Below, piece by piece: positions 12,743-23,500 of a stretch of 64,000 bases of DNA. The notes under the pieces are model-generated. The model was not told where the DNA came from, did not search any database, and saw nothing but the letters and a program-made list of their open reading frames with translations. Location of the stretch: assembly GCF_018350175.1 (NCBI RefSeq), contig NC_058369.1, positions 20,400,001 to 20,464,000 on the forward strand. The letters run 5' to 3'. The stretch comes from Felis catus. Its lineage: Eukaryota. A program made the position numbers and the translations under genes. Positions within the stretch are counted from its first letter, which is position 1. Each line of letters begins with the position of its first letter.

Positions 12743-13186
12743 AAATATTTAAAGTCTTTGCCACTACAAATGCAAATAAAAACTAAGAAACAGCCTGAAT
12801 GAAAAACCTTCTGTTATATACTGATAGCCTGCCATTAAAATGACAAGCATGCGGAGTGTGTCAAAGAAATACTTCTATGTATGTAACAAGTGACCGAAGG
12901 AGAACATAAAATGATGTGTATTCATTGGTTATCAGTGTGGAATATGCAAATGTATATTAACAAACATGGAAAAATTGAGATCTAAATAGTTTAGAGATTA
13001 GTGCTTGTTACATTTTATCTTCCAACAGTTGTGAAGTTTTTATTTTGGAAAATCTCAAACGAAATTAAAAAAGAGAGACAATAGTAAAATGAACCCTGTA
13101 TTCCCAGTATTCTCTGCTATAGTTGTGAATACAAGGTTAGTGTTGTTTCATCTGTTCCCCCCAACCTTGGATTACTTCCAAGTAGA

Positions 13187-13421
13187 TTTTTTTTTTTAAG
13201 ACCTTACCAGCAACTTTTTTTCTTAATGTTTTTATTTTATTATTTTTGAGAGGGAGAGAGACAGAGAGTGGGTGAGGGACAGAGAGAGAGGGAGACACAG
13301 AATCTGAAGCAGGCTCCAAGCTCTGAGCTGTCAGCACGGAGCCTGACGCAGGGCTCAAACCCATGAACTGTGACCTGAGCTGAAGTTGGAAGCTTAACTG
13401 ACTGAGCCTCCCAGCTGCCCC
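13187..13421 (-). mobile_element. CanSINE
   Basis: Antisense head, (GA)n and tail. Confidence 0.85.
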
Positions 13422-13820
13422 TGGAAGTAGATCCTTAATGTTGTGACATTTTATCTGTAAACTTCAAAGTATATTTACTTTGTCTCCTAACATATAAAGT
13501 CCTAGAAACAGAAACACAATACCATTATCAAACCTAAATATTTTAAATAAACAATTCCTTGTATCATAAAATATCCAGATAATCTCTGATTATCTTTTAA
13601 AAATTATTTTTACTGTTAATTCCGCATTTCTACATTTAGTTCATTTGTCTTTTAAATTTCTTTAATCTGAGCTTTCCCTACTTCTTTTTCATTTTCTTTT
13701 TTTCCTTGCATCTTATTTTCAGAAGAAAAGGATTCACTTGTCACTGTAGTTTTATGCATTTCTAGATTTTGCTGATTGCATCCTTGTGGTCTTGCTTAAC
13801 AAATTTAACATAGTTCTTTT

Positions 13821-14201
13821 GTTTTCTAAAAATGATGGATGTTATCCTTATTACGTTGTCAGCTGATTCAAATTACATTGTCAGCTGGTTTTTTGCTTGG
13901 AAATCAGCTACCTGGATGTTGTAATACTGCTTTAACCACCTCTTGGTGTCTCATCTAAGAATGCCTCAGTTCGCCTGGAAATCCACCACAGGTACTGGCT
14001 GCTGCTGAAATCACTTCGGGTACAGATGACAATCTTGGTTGCTCAGTGAGGCTGTCCTTCTGCATTTGACTTGGACTTCCACTCTGGTACGTGCTGTCCT
14101 GTAATCTTTCTCAGGTGTTAGCGGTCCCTGGCCCGCTCCATCACACCGCTGGTTCTCCTCAGGACAGTGTCAGGCCTCTCCAGTGGCCACTCCACTCTGC
14201 C
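13821..14201 (-). pseudogene. SNURF: SNURF (SNRPN upstream reading frame) processed pseudogene
   Basis: CDS relic 14141..13932: MERARDR*HLRKITGQHVP/VEVQVKCRRTASLSNQDCHLYPK*FQQQPVPVVDFQA/../AFLDETPRGG*. Perfect 14-bp TSD AACATAGTTCTTTT at 13807 and 14202. Confidence 0.9.
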
Positions 14202-15208
14202 AACATAGTTCTTTTTCCCTGTGGTTTTGCAAACTGGGAGTGAGATCTCAAGGTGTGTTGAGATTCAAGTAATGTTTTGACACATATATGTAACAGTTGC
14301 AGTGTATACATCCTATCGCATTACATCAAGAGGAATATGGTAAGGCTTAGAATTCACTGATCTTTGTTTATACAGATGGGATTGAGAAGAAGAGATGGAA
14401 CATCTGGAGAAAGGGCCCTGGAAGTGTTTGTACCTTATACCCCCAATGAGTGAAAAAGAGATTTTTCTTTCAAAGCTCCTCATTTGCCTAGTCATATTTG
14501 TCATGGTGGTGTTCATAACTCATTCCTGAGAAGCTTATGTAACTGTTCATTGGTGTTTATATAACTCTGGTGATTGCTGCTCACAGCTGGCTCACGTGAA
14601 GGAGAAAGTTCAGGGGTATTTGTGACCAGACCTGATTCTGTGATTCTGAATTTGGGTCGTAATAGTCAATGACTTTTAAACCACATGTCTCTTTACCTCC
14701 TTGTTGAACCATTTCTCTTTTTCCTCAATGACTTTTGATGGAGTATATCCCAGAATTTTAGGGAGGGCTATTTTTTGAAAGTTAATTATTTTGATTAGGT
14801 TGTAAATTTACAAGGTCCAATATTCAGAAGATACAAAAAAGCATGCAGTGAAAAGTTACATTCTAACTTAGAGGAAAATTAATTATAGAAATTTTGAAAT
14901 AATAGTTTATTATTAAGAACGGTTTAAGATGTAGTATATATTGTGATACTACATAAAAACCAGAAACTTCATAATAAGCATCATGAAGCAGCAGTGAAGC
15001 ACTTATAAAACATTGACTTACATGACAGCAGACTTTTTAAGTATTAATACATCTGTAAATTAAAGCTCTTTAACAAACAGACAGTAGTTGTTGAACCCAG
15101 AAGCTGAAGATTACTGATAAGGAGCTGGTTTAGACCTGTATCCTCTAAGAATACAGGGGAAACCTGTGTCTGAATTAAGTGTGCATGAGAATTGTATATA
15201 CTATAATC

Positions 15209-15424
15209 ATTTTATTTTTATATTTTTTAAATGCTTATTTATTTTGAGAAAGAGAGAGAGTGTGAGCAGGGGAGGGGCTGAGAGAGGGAGAGACTGAATC
15301 CCAAGCAGACTGCGCTGTCAGTGCACAGCCCGATGTAGGACTTGATCTCACGAACTGTGAGATTATGACCCGAGCCGAAATCAAGAGTCGAATGCTCAAC
15401 TGACTGAGCCACCCAGGAATACCT
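15209..15424 (-). mobile_element. CanSINE
   Basis: Antisense head, (GA)n and tail. Confidence 0.85.
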
Positions 15425-16547
15425 ACTGTGATCATTTTAAAATTGCTGCTGTACTTAGCCACGTTCGATCCTGGGTCAGATAGGAATTCATAGCTAGGCC
15501 TCACAAGTTGGAATGTTTGATTGTGAATTTGTCTGTGATACTGAAAGGTTATCAGATTCTGTTCCTCCTTCCAGAAACAGCCCACTCTGCAAGGCAGAAA
15601 CCAGAAGAAAGAAATATAACAGTTGGCAACAAATTCCCACTCCTGGATGAATCAAGTTCAGACCCTTTGGCTTGACATTCAAGGCTGCCCTGTATACTTT
15701 GACTCTGTCCTGTCTGCCTACTCTCTAACCTTGCTTCAAATGTTCCTCCAAGTGGTTACTCAATAAATTTGCTTGTGAAATAGAAACTAAAGGGCTTAAA
15801 GCCAGGAGAACATCAAATTTCATTATCAGAACCAGGTCAGAGAACCAAAGCACTAAGTTGAAGTGTACCAACCCAGCCTCAAGTGTAACTATGTAGGGCA
15901 AGCTGCAGTGTTGGTGGAAGTAGCTATTTAGCAATAGTTATCCCCTCTTAGGGACTCTGCTGTCCAGCCATCTGTTCCTTTGGGAGGAGGAATATTATGG
16001 CTTCCCTTTTAGTAGGGAAGAATTCAGGGCTGTGAGTTAGGAAGAAGGTGACAGTAATATTATGTGACAATGCCAAGGGAGTATTAGCTCTTTGGGGGGG
16101 GGGGGGCTGAAGGAATGATAGTTCTTAAAGAAAACAGAATTGCTGAGCTTTCCTCTTGTAGTGCTTCAGGTGGAAATAGGAGAGGACTGTTTGAGGGGAG
16201 GGTAGTGGATTTGGGAGGGCAGCCAGTCGGACTTGCATCTCCTTCAGAGCTTCTCTTTTAGTTCTCATGTCTGGGTGGAGACAAAGCGGTAGCACCTTAC
16301 TTTCTCAGTAGGTGGAAGATGTCCATAAGCCAGGGCTCATGTTGCATTCCCAATGCTTCTTGCCACCCTGGACTCTGTCTTTGGGAGACCTTTTGTAAAA
16401 GGCCTGCTGTGGATCCTGTGGTAACAGAGAACTGTGATGTTTTAACCTCTTGCTCATGTTAATGGTATTGCAGTGCCCCATCATGAACATTCCTTGTCTG
16501 GTGCCTCCCTTGGCCATTTCTCCTTTGTCTTCAAAAAGCAAAGGTTA

Positions 16548-16774
16548 GGGGCGCCTGGGTGGCGCAGTCGGTTAAGCGTCCGTGACTGCCAGGTCACGAT
16601 CTCGCAGTCTGTGAGTTCGAGCCCCGCGTCGGGCTCTGGGCTGATGGCTCAGAGCCTGGAGCCTGTTTCTGATTCTGTGTCTCCCTCTCTCTCTGCCCTT
16701 CCCCCGTTCATGCTCTGTCTCTCTCTGTCCCAAAAATAAATAAACGTTGAAAAAAAAATTAAAAAAAAAAAAAG
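16548..16774 (+). mobile_element. Young felid CanSINE (variant head motif)
   Basis: CpG-rich; TSD AAAGCAAAGGTTA at 16535 and 16775. Confidence 0.93.
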
Positions 16775-17253
16775 AAAGCAAAGGTTATCTGCTTTAAACC
16801 CTCATGGTCTCTCAGTGTGAGGGCCAAAGAAGATGCTTCCACTGCTGCTGCAGGGGAGTGAATCACTCTGGGTATTCACATGGGACTGTGTGTGCATGTG
16901 TGCACACATGTCCACATCCACTACCCATTTCTATCCCCAACTTTTACAGTGGCCACATCAACTTCCCCTCCTCAGCCAAACAACTGGCGGGAGAATGTAG
17001 AATGCTAGGAAGACAAGGCCTTGGAGGTAGTCCTCCCTGGGACAGGGACTGACTTCTGTGCCAGCATCCAGGAAGGATCTGGGTCTACATCTTAGTCTGC
17101 CTTGGGCAAAGAGCTCCTGGGGAGAGACAGGAAAATAAATGGTTATTGGGTTGGAAGGCCCCTCCTGCTGCTGTTTTGCTTAATTCATTTTAGCCAGTAT
17201 TGAACTACATGTATTTTTCCAACTATTCCACCTTATTTTAAGTCTCTATTCCT

Positions 17254-17442
17254 GGGGCTCCTGGGTTGTTCAGTCAGTTGAGTATAAGTTCAGGTCATGA
17301 TCTCACAGTGTGTGAGTTTGAGCCCCACATTGGCTCTGCACTGACAGTGTGGAGCCTGCTTGGGATTCTCTCTCTCCTACTCTATGCCCCTTCCCCACTT
17401 GTTCTCTCTCTCTCTGAAAATAAAAATAAATAAACTTAAAAA
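17254..17442 (+). mobile_element. CanSINE
   Basis: Head, (CT)n and AATAAA tail. Confidence 0.82.
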
Positions 17443-18229
17443 AGGATAATTTTAAAGTCTCTTCCTTTTGCTTATGCTCCTATATCTGCCTAGAATGTTC
17501 TTTCTTTTCTTTTACTGTCTGTTACCTACTTATTGTATTAGGTTAAACCCAGGTTTCACCTTTCCTAAGGAAGTACTCCACCCTCCATGACTGGATTGGG
17601 TGTCTTTTCCCAAAGTGTTGTTGCTATTAGGTACTCACCACATGTGTTTCCCCATGTGGACCATTCCATTGTGCCTTGGCACAGAGCCTGGTACTCAAAT
17701 GTTCGTATGTGTGTTAGGCTAAACTAAAAGACAGAGGGGGCAGGAGAAGCAGCAGTGCCTAGTTTGTGGCAGTCTCATGTGGAGAGATTTGGAATGAAGA
17801 TGTGTACAGTCTCATGCGGCAGGTGTGTGTGTGTGCATGTGTATTTGTAAGAAACACTCATTTTGTGAGAAAAAAATGCAGCTTGTATCATTTCTGCTTC
17901 TCCTTTTGCTTTCTTATTTTTGATTTTTGATTAGGATATATAAAGTTTGAGTTTTCCAAACAAATAAACACTGCTGCCCAGAATGGCTGAATAAGCCCCA
18001 TAGCTTTGTTTGCTGCTAGACTGTTCAATGTGATTGGGAGTATGGAGTTCCATGGAGTTTGGCAGACCTGGGTTTAAAGAAGAGTATTTTCCCTGAGAGA
18101 GCTGGTGACATCCCCATTTTATAAATGTGGGAACCATGGCTCAGAGAAGTTGAACCCATGAACCTAGAACTACCAAGTGGCAGAGCCCGGATTCAACTAG
18201 TACCACCTAGGGAGTAGCCCAGAGAGAAA

Positions 18230-19160
18230 GAGAAAACCACCATTAGAACATCATAATAATAATTACTCCAGGTAAGATCCACTGATGAGTGTTAAAATTA
18301 GTGGGTAAATTTTAAGAAACAGAATATTTGCATCCTCAAGGCCTCAGAGTCCCCTACCACTCTAAATATTTATTTGCATATAGTTTTAACATATGTCCAG
18401 AAATTCTTTGATGCCCCTCTTTCCAAGAAATTGAGCTTAATTCATTTCCCATTGAATGTGAGCTGGGCTTAGTGATTTGCTTCTTTTATTATTTTTCTTT
18501 TTTTTCATGTTTGTTTATTTTTGAGAGAGAAAAGGTGCAAGTAGGGGGAGGGGACAGAGAGAGAGGGAGACACAGAATTCAAAGCAGGCTCCAGGCTCTG
18601 AGCTGTTAACACAGAGCCCAACACAGGGCTCGAACTCACAAACCATGAGATCATGACCTAAGCCAAAATCGGATGCTTAACCAACTGAGCCACCCAGGCG
18701 CCCTGTGATTTGCTTCTAATGAATAAAATATGGAAAGGTAAAAATATTAATTTTACAGTGGAGAAATCTGGCAGATACCACTTTAAACAAGTGATCAAGG
18801 CTAATGTCACCAGTAATAAGTCATGTTGATATCATGTACCCTGATAAGATGTGATGAGAAGGGCACTTTATCTCTATGGTATTCTCCACTCCCCCCACCC
18901 CAACCATAACTTCAGTCTAATCATGAAAATACATCAGATGCTCAGATTAGGGGACAGTCCACAAAACACCTGGCCAGTACTTTTTAAAAAATTGTTGAGG
19001 TCATGAAAGACAAGAATACACTGAGAAACTGCCACAGTTGAGAGAGACTGAGACACGACAGCTAATGCAATATATTCTGGATGGGATCCTATAATAGAAA
19101 AAGGACATTAGTGAACAACTGGTGAAATCCAAATAAAATTTAAAGTTCAGTTAAAAGCAA
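18230..19160 (+). mobile_element. Old L1MC/MD-type 3' end fragment; approximate
   Basis: Characteristic tacagtggagaaatctggcagataccac...gtgatcaagg and aaaggacattagtg motifs. Confidence 0.55.
18484..18703 (-). mobile_element. CanSINE
   Basis: TSD gtgatttgcttct. Confidence 0.87.
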
Positions 19161-20049
19161 ACAAAAATCATCCCACCAAACCCCCAAACTTCCTGAGTCC
19201 TTCCTGCCTGAAAGCCAAGTGGCATTGACTAGTGCACCTCAGTTACAGCATTTATGTTCTAGTTTTAAATTGCTCTTACTTTTGGGAAAGACCTTTTGGT
19301 TGTGTAGTGCTTGTATCTGGGAGGCTCTGGTGGATTTGGGGACAGGCTTATGGTCTGTATGACTGTCAAAGCCTGCCCATCCAGTAATCAGAATGCTGCG
19401 CAGCAGATTGAGGAAGAGGGGTGTGCATACGGACCCTCCTACCCCACCCCAGTCCTTGCGGGTGTTTGATGCCACAAATGACATTTCCCTCTGCCAGGAA
19501 TTTCATCCCCTTTCTGCCTCCTCAGGGCAATACCTTTAGATATTCTGCTCACCTTTCAAGGCTTCACTCACATTTTACCTTCCATATTTCTTGTGCGATA
19601 ATACCACAAAGTAGTGTCTTTCATATTCCTGTGACCCTAAGGCAATTATTCTTGGTTTAGCTAATTACCTCTGGTTAGAAAAATGACGTCTTAAAATTTT
19701 AAGTTCTCTAGGTCAGTTAGCCTGTCCTTCCTGTGGTATTTAGCATACCTTGCCTTATTATGTCTAGAAAACAAACTCCTTGAAAGGAAGGAGTCTTATA
19801 AATATCCCTTGAAGCATCTTGGACAGTGTTTTCCATGTTGTAGGTCCTCATTGAATGGTCAATGAATTAAATGAGTGAACACTTTAAGACAGTGAAAGGA
19901 GGAATATTCCTCTTGTTGGCAGATGAGACTTGCTTAGTGTCACACAGGTGAGTGTGAGCTGTTTTCGGAACCTACTGTCACTTTCAGAGCATTCTGTGGC
20001 CATGAAACTTTCTTACTCTGATCATAGTGGTAAATTATAGCAAGTGTGA

Positions 20050-20270
20050 GGGCTATCATTTGTTGTGAGCCTACTCTAGAGCAGGCTTGGTTCTAGACAC
20101 ACACACTATTTAGTCCTCACAACAGCTCTGAAATGTAGGCATCACTATTCCCATTTTATAGATAAATCCATTGAGATTCAGAGAGATGCAAATCACTTGC
20201 CTTAGATCACCAACTAATAAGATGCTGAGTTGAGGTTTGAACCTAGGTGTGCCTGGCATCAAAACCTGTT
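20050..20270 (-). mobile_element. MIR
   Basis: tcctcacaac..cccattttatagat..gagatt cagagag..cacttgcc..gtttgaacctagg core. Confidence 0.7.
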
Positions 20271-20322
20271 TTTCTCCCAGTAAATGTCAGTCCCTGGCAC
20301 CTCTCTCCCTTTGTCTTTTCAG

Positions 20323-20524
20323 ACCCATCCCTGGAAGACATGTGTGGCACTGAGTGTGCCCAACTGGAGGAAGATGGGCAGCGGCCACCGCGGTGCACTT
20401 CAACTACCTCATCTCAGTCTGAGCCTTCAGAGCAGCTTAGGCGCCACCAAGGCAAGAGCCTCACCTCCGAGGACCCCAAAAAGAAGAGAGCTCAGAAGCC
20501 CTCCCACATGAGGAGAAATATACG
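20323..20524 (+). CDS. RAD54L2: RAD54L2 coding exon (DPSLEDMCG...HMRRNIR)
   Basis: Acceptor ttttcag|, donor |gtgagc, 202 nt. Confidence 0.93.
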
Positions 20525-23500
20525 GTGAGCTGTGCTGAGGGTAAGAGGAGAAGGGAAGGAATAGAGAGAGATATTGCCTTCATTTGAAGGCTGTCAGTAG
20601 CAGGACTGGTTTGAGCAGGAGGGTCCCCTTTCCAAAAAAGAGAAGTATAAGCTGTGTGCCCCAATTAATAGTGGAGATACAGCTCAGGACCACCCCCAGG
20701 CTGTCTGAGGTTATGGGGCAGACACAGATGGTGCTCAAGCTGTACTGGGGAGTATGCCACTCTCTGGAGGTCCTGGGAGACAGCCCAGGGATGATAGGGT
20801 GCTCTGGTTGGACTGTTTTTTTCCTTTATTTTTCCCTTACATTTCAAAACAGGGGAAGATAAAGGAAAAGAAGTTGGGTTCTCATTTTCTTAGCGCTCAA
20901 CTTCAATTGACAAGGGCCTGTCTGGCCCAAAGAAGGCTTCTTCCTTGAGCTAAGAGAATGGCAGATGTGAACTTCCTTCACTGTCTAAATCCCCTACAGT
21001 CCTTCCATCACATATCCATTTTGCTATCGAAAGGAGATAAATGATATCCTACTCTCCTACTCTCATTTTTTTAACATAATGATAGCTTGAAAGTATTATT
21101 CAAAGTTTACGAAATGAGGATGTGGGATAAATAAGGATCTATAATTCTACCCTCCTATATAACAACTCTATATTTTAATACTGCTTTTCAACTTCATGAA
21201 TCATGTATTACTCTTTTACTTTTGATCTGTTATGTGCAAAGATGAGTTTTCAGGAGCATCTCTCAGGAAGTTAAATAATATGGAAAAATGTTAGCCCACA
21301 ATCACCTGAATCTTGAAGTTCACCCCCCGCCCCACTCCTTTTTTTTTTTTTTTTTTTTTTGCCTCTCCTGTTGCATGGGTGTGTGGGACTGACATGGCTT
21401 CTCCTCCTCTTGCCTCAGCTCTCTGAGCTCAGCAATGAGCTCTTTAGCTTGTCATTACATTGTCCAAATTTCCAGTGAACCAACCCAAGTGCTCACTCTT
21501 ATTGTAATGTTTAGAAAGCTGCTCCGGGAGGATCAGTTGGAGCCCGTTACCAAAGCAGCACAACAGGAAGAGTTGGAAAGAAGGAAACGCCTGGAGCAGC
21601 AGAGGAAGGATTACGCAGCCCCCATTCCTACTGTTCCCCTGGAGTTCCTTCCTGGTAAGCAGCAGAGTTGGTGGGAAAGGCCCTGCCTGAAGTATAAGGA
21701 GAAGAGGCCTTTGGCACACACAATGGTTAAGGGCAGATCTGAAATAAGATCGTGGCCTCTCAAGAATCATTTTGAGTCATTCGGTTTCTTAGGAGCAGAT
21801 GATCAGAAATATCTTACTGAAAAAGTTAAAATGGGGAGACCTGGGTGGCTCAGTCAGTTAAGTGTCTGACTCTCGATTTAGCTCAGGTCATGATATCATA
21901 GTTTGCCGGTTCAAGCCCCACCGTCTCCCACTCTCTCTGCCCCTCCCCTGCTCACGATCTCTCTCTCTCTCTCTCTGAAAAATAAACATTAAAAAATTTT
22001 TTTAAATAAGATGGAAAGTTAAGATGGTTAAACGTGTACCCCTCATGGGGACTCGGCTAGCTCAGTGGGTAGAGCATGCGACTCTTGGTAGCAGGGTCAT
22101 GAGTTCAAGCCCCACATTGGACCTCGTTAAAAAATAATTATTATTATATTTTTATTTATATATATTACATATCTTATGTATTATATTTATATTTTATACA
22201 TAATTTATATACTTTAGTAATATATACTTAATAACCAGGAGATAAGAACCAGTAAAGACAAAGGAAGTTAGAAAGGGAACTGAGGTGTTTGAGATACCCT
22301 CAACTTCTCTCCTCAGGGGATAGTCCCCTTGAGAGTGACAAAGGTAAAGGGCTGATGAATCATTTGGGGAAATAAGTTTATACTAAAGGTGGTTTTGGCA
22401 TTCCCTTCCATCTTTTTTTCCCTAGAGGAAATTGTCTTAAGAGCAAGCGATGGTCCCCAACTGCCTCCTCGGGTCCTGTCCCAGGAAGTCATTTGTTTGG
22501 ACAGCAGCAGTGGCAGTGAGGATGAAAAAAGCAGTCGAGATGGTAAGGTCGAGCCAGAGGTGTCTCTGCTTCCTTCTGACTCAGTGTTCACCCTGACTGA
22601 TTGGCTGTACATCTGAATAGAAATCAGTCCTTCCCCATTTATTTTGAGGTCTGACTGTGACAAATATCCCTGAGTCTCCTTGTAAATGTAAGGTTTTCCC
22701 TTGTCTTAACTTGAAGCCATAAGAGAGAAATAGTAAAACTCAAAATTTTATAAGTGATGACAAGTTCTAACTTTGTTCCCATGCTGTAAGCTTTGATAAT
22801 GGGCAGTAAATTATCTCTGCTCCCTGGGTTTTGGTTTTTGTTTTGTTTTGTTGGCTATCTCAGAAGTGATTGAACTGAGCTCTGGAGAGGAAGATACCCT
22901 GCATATTGTGGACAGCAGCGAATCTGTCAGTGAGGAAGATGAGGAAGAGGAGAAGGGTGGTACCCACGTGAATGATGTCTTAAACCAGCGTGATGCTCTG
23001 GGGAGGGTCCTTGTCAATCTGAACCACCCTCCGGAGGAGGAGAATGTCTTCCTGGCCCCACAGTTGGCACGGGCAGTGAAACCTCATCAGGTACAGCAAA
23101 TCTTGATTCTTTTCTTTGTTTCCTTTCAGCTTCTTTGCTGAGGACATTACCTGCTGGTGGTTGTCAGCATCAGAGCCTGTGAGGTACTTGTTTGGTACCA
23201 CGAGCAGTTATTAGAAAGCCCTGATCCTTCCTCCTGGCACTTGATGCTTCAGGATTTTTTTTTTAATTGGAATATGAATGTATTTTTTTATTAGGATGCT
23301 CACAAGAATGGCACACTAGTACTGTCTTTCTGATGTGATGAAGAATACATACATCTGACCCACACTGTGGCAGGGGTAAGGGCTCTCAGAGCTGGTACCA
23401 AGTATCCACTGAAGACATCTCCATTCACCAGAGAGGATATTTCTTTGACTCCAACATCTTTACTGTAGCTTCTAGTCAGGTCTCCATGCCTTGGGCCCAG

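Noticed and set aside
22047..22135. tRNA gene-like sequence (gctagctcagtgggtagagc...gagttcaagccc)
   Set aside because: CanSINE tRNA-derived head with an A tail and no intact cloverleaf
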